IMG/VR virus record: IMGVR_UViG_3300012920_009134
Span: 1-64,000 of that record
Direction: 5' to 3' (one strand)
Source: a virus
Length of the DNA: 64,000 nucleotides
Position 1 is the stretch's first letter. Each line of letters starts with the position of its first letter. A model generated the notes under the pieces. That model was not told the origin of the DNA. It did no database searches and saw only the letters and a list, made by a program, of their open reading frames with translations. This document shows, piece by piece, positions 1 to 8,960 of the stretch. The translations under genes and the position numbers were made by a program.

Positions 1-396
1 ATTGCTGTGTTTCTCCCTCGTCAAATTGGCGCTGATATTTTAGTAACTATCCTTGTATTTTTATCTGCAGTTCTTGCAATCATGTTTAAAACGGGCGGTG
101 GCAAGATACAAAATATTGTTGCAAAAAAATCTTCAACGTCTTATGTGCGTTCCGCCACTATTATTGACTTTGTTTATGCAATCATTCTTTTGGTATTCAA
201 AGAGTGGTCTAATATCCCTATGTCTACAACATGGGTGTTTGTTGGTCTTTTGTGTGGTCGTGAACTCGCTATAGCAACTTGGTACAACCGCAAAATTAAA
301 CGAGTCTTTCCTATGATTGCAAAAGATTTTCTTAAAGTAATGATGGGTTTATCTGTATCTGTTGTTATGATTCTTCTTGTTAATCTCTGCAAATAA
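1..396 (+). CDS. C-terminal part of a multi-pass membrane protein, putative phosphate/sulfate permease-like (5' partial)
   Basis: Several hydrophobic helices; IPMSTTWVFVGLLCGRE resembles the PiT-like P-x-S-T-T signature; frame is open to the window start. Confidence 0.5.
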   Translation: MAVFLPRQIGADILVTILVFLSAVLAIMFKTGGGKIQNIVAKKSSTSYVRSATIIDFVYAIILLVFKEWSNIPMSTTWVFVGLLCGRELAIATWYNRKIKRVFPMIAKDFLKVMMGLSVSVVMILLVNLCK

Positions 397-461
397 TAAA
401 AATCCCGAAAAAATCTACCCGCGACGGGCAATGCCCGATACCTACTATAGGAGGGTTTGTT

Positions 462-887
462 ATGAAAAACTTTGTTCTTATTTTGTTTTGTTTGTTAATG
501 TCCTGTGGTGGATCCCAACAAGTCGGTGTTGATAACACCGAACTAACTGTTGCTTATGATGGCGTTGTTGAGGCGCGTTCTGGTGGTGCTTATATTGATC
601 TACACACTCTTAAGAGACTTTTAAACGATAAGAGCAAAGATCAGTATTTTATTTTTTCTGACGATATGTGCGGCGGATGTACGTCTTTAAAGAAAAGTCT
701 TCGCGAAAGAAAGTGGATTGATGAAGTGAACCTTTTAAATCTTGATGATAAGTTCGTTCAAGAACTTGCCGGATTAATGAAAATCAGGGTCTTGCCTACG
801 ATGGTTGTTGAAAAAAAGAACGACAAGGGTGTCTTAATTTTTGAAGGACCATCTGAAATCATGATGTATCTTGCTAGGAACCTTTAA
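462..887 (+). CDS. Thioredoxin-fold lipoprotein
   Basis: Signal peptide with lipobox LLMS-C; CGGC (CxxC) motif; cis-Pro-like LPT motif; GGAGG RBS. Confidence 0.7.
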   Translation: MKNFVLILFCLLMSCGGSQQVGVDNTELTVAYDGVVEARSGGAYIDLHTLKRLLNDKSKDQYFIFSDDMCGGCTSLKKSLRERKWIDEVNLLNLDDKFVQELAGLMKIRVLPTMVVEKKNDKGVLIFEGPSEIMMYLARNL

Positions 888-1318
888 GCAGGTTCCACGC
901 TAGACATTGGAACACCATATTCTGACTGACTGTGTCCGCCTTCAGCATCCTTTACATATCTTTCAAGATCAACCTTGTCACCTTCAATGTCTTTGACTTG
1001 ATATACCTCACCTTCATATGTGACGTCATCGCCAACTTGAATGTCTTGATCTTCTCTAAGATCACCAGGTGCTCTTAGTTGATCCATATCAATATCATAA
1101 ATGGTAATTGTTCTTTCTTCATCTCCGCCATCGATAGCAACTTCGTATGTTTGTCCTGGGTCTATAACATCAATAATCTCTGCAACCTCTCCAGTTTGCA
1201 AGGTAACTTGTGCACCTGGTTTTAGTGTCATCATTGCTGCTATACGTGGATCCATCGTTTCGTTAAGAAAGTAACGGGGGTTAACTCTTTTTTCGTTTTG
1301 TCCTGTAAATCTTGGCAT
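884..1318 (-). CDS. Hypothetical protein with two small SH3/KOW-like beta domains and a leader ending FLNE; putative internal virion protein
   Basis: GGAGG RBS on the minus strand; two units of the type (L/I)xxGxxVT...G.V..I.D. Confidence 0.55.
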   Translation of the reverse strand: MPRFTGQNEKRVNPRYFLNETMDPRIAAMMTLKPGAQVTLQTGEVAEIIDVIDPGQTYEVAIDGGDEERTITIYDIDMDQLRAPGDLREDQDIQVGDDVTYEGEVYQVKDIEGDKVDLERYVKDAEGGHSQSEYGVPMSSVEPA

Positions 1319-1369
1319 TTGCTGCCCTCCTTCTGTTTTGGTAATTATACATTATTTGTTTCGAAAGTA

Positions 1370-1378
1370 TGCTATAAT
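1370..1378 (+). promoter_or_regulatory. Extended -10 sigma70-type promoter (TGcTATAAT), probably giving a leaderless cysteine synthase mRNA
   Basis: Perfect TGnTATAAT 7 nt before ATG 1386; no SD in between. Confidence 0.6.
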
Positions 1379-1385
1379 TACGTAA

Positions 1386-2249
1386 ATGAGGAAATTAAAC
1401 AATCTAATTGGCAACACACCAATTATAAGAATATCAGATAATTTATACGCTAAACTTGAAACCTACAATCCCACTGGTTCTGTAAAAGATCGTATGATAT
1501 CTTATGTTGTACAAAAGGCACAATTGTATGGTGAAATAAAAAAAGGTACAATTCTCTGTGATGCCACGAGCGGGAACACCGGCATTGCTTTAAGTATGGC
1601 TGCGGCACACCTTGGATTAACTTGTGTTATTTTTATGCCAAGAAATATGTCCGAAGAGAGAAGGCAAATGATGAAAATATATGGTGCAAAAATAATCGAT
1701 GCACCTGATGATGACTTCGCTGGTGCTATAACCATGAGAGATGCGTATCTTGCTGGTAATCCAAACGCATGGTCTCCAATGCAATTTAGTAACCGCAGAA
1801 ACATAGAGTGTCATTTTTTTAACACTGCACCAGAAATTCATAGGCAGGTTGTTTCCTTGAAGAGACCATGGGAAGCATTTATACACGGTTCTGGTACAGG
1901 TGGTACCATTGAGGGTGTTCGAAGATACATACAGCATCAAAGATTAAACACTAAAGTCTGCATGGTTAAACCATCAGAGTCTCCTCATGGCATTCAAGGA
2001 ATTGCAGATGGTAAAGAGTTCTTAGCAAAAGAGAAAGATATGCATGAAGTTATTGAAATTAAAACAGAAGATGCGATTAAAAGAGCAAAAAAACTTGCTG
2101 AAGAAAAAGGTCTTTTGGTTGGCATAAGTTCCGGGGCAAACATTCTTGCATCAGAACTGTGGATAGAACAAAACAAACCCATGGGAAACATAGTTACAGT
2201 ACTCTGCGATAGGGGTGAAAGATATATGTCAATATACGGAAGTGTGTAA
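1386..2249 (+). CDS. cysK: Cysteine synthase (O-acetylserine sulfhydrylase, CysK/CysM family)
   Basis: NPTGSVKDR (PLP lysine), TSGNTG, GSGTGGT, GISSGA, DRGERY. Confidence 0.9.
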   Translation: MRKLNNLIGNTPIIRISDNLYAKLETYNPTGSVKDRMISYVVQKAQLYGEIKKGTILCDATSGNTGIALSMAAAHLGLTCVIFMPRNMSEERRQMMKIYGAKIIDAPDDDFAGAITMRDAYLAGNPNAWSPMQFSNRRNIECHFFNTAPEIHRQVVSLKRPWEAFIHGSGTGGTIEGVRRYIQHQRLNTKVCMVKPSESPHGIQGIADGKEFLAKEKDMHEVIEIKTEDAIKRAKKLAEEKGLLVGISSGANILASELWIEQNKPMGNIVTVLCDRGERYMSIYGSV

Positions 2250-2258
2250 CTATTTATT
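2249..2258 (+). promoter_or_regulatory. Candidate phage late promoter ACTATTTA
   Basis: Same motif is intergenic upstream of 5490, 11595, 16004 and 59386. Confidence 0.55.
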
Positions 2259-2278
2259 ATATCATGGAGGGCAGTAAT

Positions 2279-2353
2279 ATGAAAAATCAGAAAAAATGTG
2301 AATGTTGTTGCTGTTGCGCTTGCTGCTGCAACTGTGCGTGTCATAAGGAGTAG
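2279..2353 (+). CDS. 24-aa cysteine-rich micropeptide MKNQKKCECCCCCACCCNCACHKE (metallothionein-like); not in ORF track
   Basis: Translated by hand; GGAGG at 2266-2270, 8 nt before ATG; 11 Cys; stop lies 4 nt before the next gene. Confidence 0.7.
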   Translation: MKNQKKCECCCCCACCCNCACHKE

Positions 2354-2357
2354 GTAA

Positions 2358-2873
2358 GTGAAACTTATAATGGAAAATTGGAGGCAGTATATTAACGAGT
2401 CTGATGATCTTGAAGAGTTAGACGAAGGTATCAAAGATATACTTAAAAAGGCAGGGATGATTGGTGCATTTGGTGCTGCTGCGCTTGGTGCAGGCGGCGC
2501 TGAAGCAAAACCTTTCAGTCAAGACACGACACTACCTCAAAATGCTAGAGAAGTTGGATTGACTAAATATGATAGTGAACACATTGTTCATATAAAGAAA
2601 AAGATAAGAGAACAAGTAAGTATTGCTATCGACAAACTCGCAGGACGCCAAGACCAATTAATGAAACTAGACAATGGCAAAAAGGCAGAGGATGGAAATC
2701 CAGCGGCGCTTCTTCTGGGTAAACTATTTAAACAAGTAGAAAAAGCACTACCTACTTTTGTTAGTAGCGATGAGGAGATCTACAAGATTGCTGAAGACAT
2801 TGTTGAGAGAAATCAAGACTTGGATCCTTTTAGCATAAAAAATCAACAAAAAAGACAAGGAACAAGAAAATGA
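2358..2873 (+). CDS. Putative internal head protein with leader MKLIMENWRQYINE and an Ala/Gly hydrophobic stretch
   Basis: AAGGAG RBS; leader similar to 2870 and 4558. Confidence 0.55.
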   Translation: MKLIMENWRQYINESDDLEELDEGIKDILKKAGMIGAFGAAALGAGGAEAKPFSQDTTLPQNAREVGLTKYDSEHIVHIKKKIREQVSIAIDKLAGRQDQLMKLDNGKKAEDGNPAALLLGKLFKQVEKALPTFVSSDEEIYKIAEDIVERNQDLDPFSIKNQQKRQGTRK

Positions 2874-3511
2874 AACTACTATTAGAAAATTTTAAAAAGA
2901 ATATGAAAGAATTTAGAGGACCAACAGACGATCCTAGTTTCTCAGATCCTGGTTATAACGAACCAGAAGGGTTTGATGAAATGCAAGACCAAGTGTCAGA
3001 CATGCTCGACCAGGTTATGGGTGGCGAACCCATTAAACTACCCACCGGTGATTTACTTGCTTATGAAGATTTCGGAGATGGCGACGGGCAGTTTATCCTT
3101 AACCAGAGCGATGTTTTCGCCAATAGTTACGATGAGGCACAAGAGAAAATTCTTGATATGCTTATGGAAGTTTCAGGATCATTAAATGAGCAAAAAATTA
3201 AAGATTTAGTGAAGCAAAAGATTTTAGAGAATCTGGGTGCTGGTGAAACTAATCTTGCACAAGCAAGACTTAAGGGTGCTGCCGGTGCTGCTCAAAAAAA
3301 AATGCAAAACCCCGCTGTAGATAGAGCGATTGGCATGGCAACTAAAAGACTTCAGAAAGCACCTGCGCAACAAAAGGTAGATTTTCTTTTATCTATGATG
3401 CAAAAAATGGGTATCGAACCAGAAGAACTTCAAGGATTAATGACAAGATTGAAGGCAACCAATAAAAAAGCAATGGACGCTGCAGAAGAAGAAGACGTGG
3501 CGGAAGAATAA
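2870..3511 (+). CDS. Putative internal head protein with leader MKLLLENFKKNMKE
   Basis: ATGA overlap with the previous gene; paralogous leader; internal LNE/ILE sites. Confidence 0.55.
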   Translation: MKLLLENFKKNMKEFRGPTDDPSFSDPGYNEPEGFDEMQDQVSDMLDQVMGGEPIKLPTGDLLAYEDFGDGDGQFILNQSDVFANSYDEAQEKILDMLMEVSGSLNEQKIKDLVKQKILENLGAGETNLAQARLKGAAGAAQKKMQNPAVDRAIGMATKRLQKAPAQQKVDFLLSMMQKMGIEPEELQGLMTRLKATNKKAMDAAEEEDVAEE

Positions 3512-3524
3512 ATATAAAATATAT

Positions 3525-3553
3525 TTGACTTACTTTTAAAAATATGATATGCT
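3525..3553 (+). promoter_or_regulatory. sigma70-type promoter TTGACT-17-TATGCT with extended TG
   Basis: -35 at 3525-3530, -10 at 3548-3553; ATG 6 nt later without SD. Confidence 0.6.
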
Positions 3554-3559
3554 TATATC

Positions 3560-3760
3560 ATGGATATAGCGCTAGGAATGATGATTGGTTGTTTCATTAC
3601 AATTATTTCTATTTTCTTTACTATGAATCATATCATATCTGAAGATAAAAAGAAAAACCTACCCAATCATTACGATATCGAAATAAAATCTAAAGGTAAC
3701 CACATTAAAGGTACCCTCTACTTAAGAAAGAGGAGGGATAGATTCCATGCTTCAAGATAA
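3560..3760 (+). CDS. Small membrane-anchored hypothetical protein
   Basis: N-terminal hydrophobic helix; directly behind a promoter. Confidence 0.55.
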   Translation: MDIALGMMIGCFITIISIFFTMNHIISEDKKKNLPNHYDIEIKSKGNHIKGTLYLRKRRDRFHASR

Positions 3761-4226
3761 AAATTGGCACACTGGATCTAACCGTCAGATCAAATTTGAT
3801 GAAATTAAAAAGATTATTTTAGATTATATCGACAGAGGAGCAAGAATCTATATTGGTTCTGATTCTTTTATTACTCAGGGTAAAGTATGTTTTGCTTCTA
3901 CCATCTGCCTGCACGGACCAAGTCTAGGTGGAAGATATTTTTTCTTTAGAGAGAATCTAAAAACTAGTCACTTTCTCCAGTTGGTAACAAGAATCACAGA
4001 AGAAACAAGAAGATCAGTTGAACTAGCAGAGATTTTGATGTCGGAATGTCATATTGACCCCACCAATATTGAGTTGCATTTAGATGTTTCACCATTTCAA
4101 GCGAACAATGGCACCTCAAGGTTCTCTGAAATGCTCAAAGGATACGTGATAGGGTTTGGACTAGACTGCAAACTAAAACCAAATGCATGGGCAGGGCAAA
4201 CAATAGCGGACAGACACTCAAAATGA
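3747..4226 (+). CDS. RNase H-like protein, YkuK (DUF458) family
   Basis: YIGSDS, E..RS.ELA, ELHLDV and C-terminal ADRHSK acidic catalytic pattern. Confidence 0.75.
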   Translation: MLQDKNWHTGSNRQIKFDEIKKIILDYIDRGARIYIGSDSFITQGKVCFASTICLHGPSLGGRYFFFRENLKTSHFLQLVTRITEETRRSVELAEILMSECHIDPTNIELHLDVSPFQANNGTSRFSEMLKGYVIGFGLDCKLKPNAWAGQTIADRHSK

Positions 4227-4546
4227 AAGACTTAAACCACATATGCTACGACGTATCCCTCGATAAGTTGATTGAAAACTATATTTTAACAAATTACGCA
4301 CTCGATACAGTGCTTGTAATACACAACCCATTTAAGTATCAGAAAAGATTAAAAGAAATAGGACTATATTTCGATGAATGTGAAACTTTTTTTGATAAAA
4401 TAATGGTAGTTTTGGTGGAAGACGTAATGAGTGGGTTAAAGATCATAAATCTTATCAACCCCCACAGCGGACCAGTGTGTACTTTATGGGTTGAGGGTAC
4501 ATATTTTACTGATAACATAGAGGATAAACTTAGGTTCGGCACCTAA
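4223..4546 (+). CDS. Hypothetical protein
   Basis: ATGA overlap start at 4223 is more likely than 4187. Confidence 0.6.
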   Translation: MKDLNHICYDVSLDKLIENYILTNYALDTVLVIHNPFKYQKRLKEIGLYFDECETFFDKIMVVLVEDVMSGLKIINLINPHSGPVCTLWVEGTYFTDNIEDKLRFGT

Positions 4547-4557
4547 TTAACAATGAT

Positions 4558-5331
4558 ATGACTAATTTTAATAGAAAATGGAGAACTTACCTTGACGAAA
4601 GTGAACTCAGCACTGCTGGATTAATGATTCAGAAGGGTTTGCACCCAAAATTTTGGTTTAGAAGGGAACTTGATCCAAAAGTACGTCGTAAATTATTGAA
4701 AATTGCGCAAGATGTTACTCAAAATCTTGAAATATATGACTTTATTGATGACATTATCATCACTGGATCGATTGCTGCATATAATTGGCACAATCTTTCC
4801 GATATTGACCTTCACATCTTGCTTGATTTTGGTAAAGTAGACAAAAATAGAGGACTCGTTAAGAAATATTTGGACTCTCAGAAGACTTTGTGGAACAAAA
4901 ATCACGATATCATGATTAATGACCACGAAGTTGAAATATATTTTCAAGAAACTGATGAACCACACGAAGCATCAGGCATATATTCTGTTATGATGGGTAG
5001 TTGGATCAAAAAACCAGTAAAAGAAAAGGTTGAGATGGACGTTGTTGCTGCTGAAAAGAAGGCAGATGCTATTAACAACGAAATAGAGACACTTCAAAAC
5101 CTCTTTTCAAAGAAAAAATATCGTTTGGTCTATGGATTATCAGAAAAACTGAAAGGAAAGATAAAAATGATGCGTCAAAGTGGTTTGGATAAGCAAGGAA
5201 TCTATTCTCCGGAGAACTTGGCGTTTAAAATCTTGAGAAATAATGGAATTTTAGAAATTTTATCAACACTTAAGTCTCTTTCATATGATAAACTAATGTC
5301 AAGCGGTGATGTAAAGATAAAAATCGGATAA
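4558..5331 (+). CDS. Pol-beta superfamily nucleotidyltransferase with leader MTNFNRKWRTYLDE
   Basis: ITGS...SDIDLH (hGS-x-DxD) motif plus downstream EVEIY acidic strand. Confidence 0.8.
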   Translation: MTNFNRKWRTYLDESELSTAGLMIQKGLHPKFWFRRELDPKVRRKLLKIAQDVTQNLEIYDFIDDIIITGSIAAYNWHNLSDIDLHILLDFGKVDKNRGLVKKYLDSQKTLWNKNHDIMINDHEVEIYFQETDEPHEASGIYSVMMGSWIKKPVKEKVEMDVVAAEKKADAINNEIETLQNLFSKKKYRLVYGLSEKLKGKIKMMRQSGLDKQGIYSPENLAFKILRNNGILEILSTLKSLSYDKLMSSGDVKIKIG

Positions 5332-5375
5332 TAATAGGCATTTTAAGACATTTTATATTTATTTTCAATAAAGTG

Positions 5376-5452
5376 TAGGTTGTATAAGTTAGAATCGCTC
5401 AAAACGCGATTCTCGACGTCTCAGATGTAAAAAATACTCTTACCAACACCTA
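5376..5452. other. Structured intergenic element: 8-bp hairpin plus a small hairpin enclosed by an outer imperfect stem
   Basis: AGAATCGC(5391-5398)/GCGATTCT(5406-5413); ACGTC/GATGT; TAGG..TAAG / CTTA..CCTA. Confidence 0.4.
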
Positions 5453-5461
5453 AAAATGTTT

Positions 5462-5469
5462 CTATTTAT
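5462..5469 (+). promoter_or_regulatory. Candidate late promoter CTATTTAT
   Basis: Upstream of AGGAG RBS and ATG 5490. Confidence 0.5.
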
Positions 5470-5489
5470 CCTTGTAGGAGAAAAATAAC

Positions 5490-7682
5490 ATGCCTTGGAA
5501 GCGATTCGGAAAATGCGTCTTTAAAACAACAAAATCAGGTGAGAAAAAAGAGAAAGAAGGTTGCTCTGATACCATCCCAATGGCAAAAAAGTACTTAAAG
5601 GCACTTTATGCCAATGCTGATGATGTTTCAGAAGAAGTAAATGAATATTTAAATGAAATTGCATTAACTGAAGCAAGATTTAAAGATGTTAAAGCAAAAT
5701 ATTCCCAATATATGGGAATTGTTGATTCAGCAAGAGATTATTTGGGTGGAAAGTTAGGTGACAAGGGTGTTTCTAAGTACATCCTTTATGTAATGAAAGA
5801 AACTCACCGAATGATGGATGAACCTGAAACCAAATCTGAGGTTTTAGAGGTAGGAAAGGACGCCATCATTGCTGTAATGTTTGATCTTATCGATTTAGTG
5901 GAAAAGTTTGAAAAAAATGTTTCAAGATTAAAAGAAAAGGACATTTACAGACTAAACGCAAATGAATTAGAAAAATTAGTAGATTCGCTACCCACACCAG
6001 AGTCAGAAGAAAAAAGAGAAAGAAGAAAGAAGGCACGAGAAGAGTCTGATGTTCTTTATAATGAAGATGACGTCTTAGCAGTTCGACCACTCACTGAATT
6101 TGCCGCAACTTATTATGGAATGGCAACAAGATGGTGTATTTCAGCAACAGACTGCAGAAATTACTTCGATCAGTACACGGCAGATGGAAAAGCGTTTGCC
6201 ATGGTTATTCTTAGAAACCTTACTCCAGATGATAGTGATTTTTACAAAGCAGCGCTAGTTTATGATAGTGATGGCGAATTTGAATCTTTATTTGATGGTC
6301 CAGATGATGAACACTACGACACTAATGGACTTAGAAATGCAATTGCTTTAAATCATAAAAGAACTGGACAAAATCCCTTTGATGATCTTGATGATGAAGA
6401 ACAAGAAGAGATTAATGATATTTTAAATCAAATTATGGACAATGCCTCTGCAAATATCATGGATAGTCCACCAGATGCTACAGCAGCGTATGAGGAAGCA
6501 GCAGATAGAATAGAAGAAGAGTTTAGAGACAGAATAGAGCACGCACACTATTACCATGAAGTAATGGATGAAGGACAGTTGTACTATAGCGGTGGTTTTA
6601 ATGTTAGCATTGAGACATCTAGATTCGACGAACCTGAACACATGAAGTATCTGAATTATCAAGAAGAGTCTGAAATAGCAGATGACATTAGAACTATGTT
6701 AGATAGAGAGTTGTCGGTATACGTTAATGAAGTTGAGATTCAATCAGATGACGATGAGACTGAGTTTCGCATGGACATATATGCAGATGGTGAAGCAACA
6801 CCAGATGGGTTTGAAAGATACTTGGAAGAATTAGAAGAGTTTGACGGCAAATATAAAGGAATTGTAAGAGTTGTTGAATTAGTTCTCCAAAAGTACGACA
6901 TCTTACCAAAAGGTCAGTTGGAAAGTTTTGATGACGCTGCTTTTGAAAGAGAAACTGAAAACTTCTCTGTTATTGACCGTAGAGAATACCCAGGTGATGA
7001 AGAGATTGTACTCAGATCAGATAGAGAACCTGTTGGTATGCTTTTAACTCCTGAACAATTAGAGTATCTTAACTTCTCAACACCGTATACAACTGGTAGC
7101 GGGCGTACATATGGATTCTTTAATCAAAGTCTAAGTGCTCGTATTGCTGGTAAATTAGGCGCTATAAATCAAAAGATTGCAGCGTCTTTGAGAAAGCAGT
7201 TACCTCTTCCAGGCATTCCACAAGAGAAAATCAGAGAACTTACCATACCTGAAATGCTTGAGGTAAGAATAGTAGGCGGCGGCGCAAAACCTGGTAATTC
7301 AGGTGAAATTTTCCTTATTTTTCAAATAACGGTAGATGATGTCAAGATTACTAAAGAAAACTTTACCATGGTTCTTGATATTATTAAGTTTATTGATCAA
7401 AACTACAGTGAGATGGTTGAAGTGGCGAAAAATACTATAAAGATTTTCATAACACAAGGACTCAAAGCAAAAGATGCTGTAGATAAAGAAAAAGCAGCAG
7501 CAGAGAAATTGACAAAGATTGATTCACAGGACGGCACTGATCCAGTAAATGAAGTCAATGACTACTTTAAAGAACTACTTAAAACAGAACTTGATCGCAG
7601 GATTGAGAGAATGACCATCAAGGAGTGGTTGGACCCGGATATACCTGCTCCATGGGACAGTGACTACGAGGATAAGAAATGA
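5490..7682 (+). CDS. Large acidic hypothetical protein with a short basic two-Cys N-terminal module, YLNE/LTE sites and a YG..T(R/K)WCI domain; putative internal virion protein
   Basis: AGGAG RBS; motifs seen in translation. Confidence 0.55.
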   Translation: MPWKRFGKCVFKTTKSGEKKEKEGCSDTIPMAKKYLKALYANADDVSEEVNEYLNEIALTEARFKDVKAKYSQYMGIVDSARDYLGGKLGDKGVSKYILYVMKETHRMMDEPETKSEVLEVGKDAIIAVMFDLIDLVEKFEKNVSRLKEKDIYRLNANELEKLVDSLPTPESEEKRERRKKAREESDVLYNEDDVLAVRPLTEFAATYYGMATRWCISATDCRNYFDQYTADGKAFAMVILRNLTPDDSDFYKAALVYDSDGEFESLFDGPDDEHYDTNGLRNAIALNHKRTGQNPFDDLDDEEQEEINDILNQIMDNASANIMDSPPDATAAYEEAADRIEEEFRDRIEHAHYYHEVMDEGQLYYSGGFNVSIETSRFDEPEHMKYLNYQEESEIADDIRTMLDRELSVYVNEVEIQSDDDETEFRMDIYADGEATPDGFERYLEELEEFDGKYKGIVRVVELVLQKYDILPKGQLESFDDAAFERETENFSVIDRREYPGDEEIVLRSDREPVGMLLTPEQLEYLNFSTPYTTGSGRTYGFFNQSLSARIAGKLGAINQKIAASLRKQLPLPGIPQEKIRELTIPEMLEVRIVGGGAKPGNSGEIFLIFQITVDDVKITKENFTMVLDIIKFIDQNYSEMVEVAKNTIKIFITQGLKAKDAVDKEKAAAEKLTKIDSQDGTDPVNEVNDYFKELLKTELDRRIERMTIKEWLDPDIPAPWDSDYEDKK

Positions 7683-8758
7683 ATTTAGAAAAGTTAAAAG
7701 AATTGGTACAAGAAGCATGTGATGCATGCGATGCACAACAGAAACCAGGTTTTGGTGGGGAAGAGAAAGCATCTGGTGGTAGAATGGCAAGAACTGACCT
7801 TGTTACGATTGCAAAAGATGCACAAGAACTGGTTAATATGTTCGGTGATGATGCAGAACTTCCCGATTGGGTTGAATCCAAACTCACTAAAGCATCAGAC
7901 TACGTGAACTCTGTTAAAAAATACATTGGTGGCGAGATTGTTCGTCAGCATGGTGGTTTGATGGAAAATACAAATACTGCTAAACTTGCTAGAAAAAAGC
8001 AAGATATTGAAGCGATTAATGAAATTATGCTAAACAAAATGCAAGCGTCTGAAGTTCAAGGATTACTCATGACTCTTGAGAGAGATTACGATCACGTTGG
8101 TGGTAGTGGTGAAGATGGTGGATTGGAAGAGGGTTTGTCGTCTTTAAAGATGAAGCAAGAAGAGCACATGCAGGCACTTGCATCAGCAGCAACAAGTGGA
8201 ATGGCGAGATTGAAAGATCCTGCTGGGGTTCATCCTACCGTTCTTGATTACTTTTTTGAAAACAAAGAAGACAAAATGGAGTTCCTAGACGGATTTGATA
8301 CCGAAATTCAAAGAGAACTTAAACACCATGTAGAATATGAAGAAAGGTTTGCAAGAGACAACCCTAAAGTGGCAGATAAACTAAAGAAAGGCGAAGAGCA
8401 ACCCAGTTTAGGATTACAAGAAGAAAAGGAGGTTTATCTCCACCTTGAAGACGCAACCTATGACGATGGCGAGATGGTTGAGGAAGACTTTGAATTTTGG
8501 TCTGACGTTGTTATGGAAGCAGAATATCAAGGAAGAAAGGTGCAATTAAATAAACCAATGCGTGGCGATGTTAAAAAGTTCAAAGTTTTTGTAAAAGACC
8601 CTAGTACTGGTAATGTCAAGAAAGTTAACTTTGGTGATCCAAATATGAGAATCAAAAAATCTAACCCAAAGCGCAGAAAGTCTTTTAGAGCGCGACACAA
8701 TTGTGACAACCCAGGACCTAAGACAAAAGCAAGGTACTGGTCTTGTAGGAAGTGGTAA
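7679..8758 (+). CDS. Modular putative internal head protein with C-terminal basic domain (…FGDPNMRIKK…SFRARHNC…YWSCRKW)
   Basis: Acidic linkers with xxE sites separating modules. Confidence 0.55.
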   Translation: MNLEKLKELVQEACDACDAQQKPGFGGEEKASGGRMARTDLVTIAKDAQELVNMFGDDAELPDWVESKLTKASDYVNSVKKYIGGEIVRQHGGLMENTNTAKLARKKQDIEAINEIMLNKMQASEVQGLLMTLERDYDHVGGSGEDGGLEEGLSSLKMKQEEHMQALASAATSGMARLKDPAGVHPTVLDYFFENKEDKMEFLDGFDTEIQRELKHHVEYEERFARDNPKVADKLKKGEEQPSLGLQEEKEVYLHLEDATYDDGEMVEEDFEFWSDVVMEAEYQGRKVQLNKPMRGDVKKFKVFVKDPSTGNVKKVNFGDPNMRIKKSNPKRRKSFRARHNCDNPGPKTKARYWSCRKW

Positions 8759-8759
8759 G

Positions 8760-8960
8760 ATGTGCATTATTTGTATCGATATTGAAAAAGATAAGTTAAC
8801 GTTAAAAGAAGCAAGAAGAAACTTTGGTGAAATGTCAAATTCTTTAGGCGACCATGCAGCAGAAGTTGAAGAGATGTTGTCTAAAATGGAAATTGAAGAG
8901 TCCTTAAGGGAGTATCTTGAATATCTTGAGGAAACAAAGCATAATGAATCAACTGATTGA
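8760..8960 (+). CDS. Small hypothetical protein with N-terminal CxxC (MCIIC)
   Basis: ATG 8760 follows the stop at 8758. Confidence 0.55.
   Translation: MCIICIDIEKDKLTLKEARRNFGEMSNSLGDHAAEVEEMLSKMEIEESLREYLEYLEETKHNESTD

Noticed and set aside
416-452. Short GC-rich inverted repeats (cgggca-a-tgcccg) as a terminator
   Set aside because: Tiny loop, short stem and no U-tract on the + strand; function unsupported
1994-2434. Minus-strand 146-aa ORF and the many other antisense ORFs in the track (e.g. 23914-24522, 52928-53392, 58936-59385)
   Set aside because: Shadows of well-supported + strand genes; no RBS or recognisable motifs
5376-5452. Hammerhead ribozyme or tRNA
   Set aside because: No CUGANGA/GAAA core on either strand and no T-loop or cloverleaf
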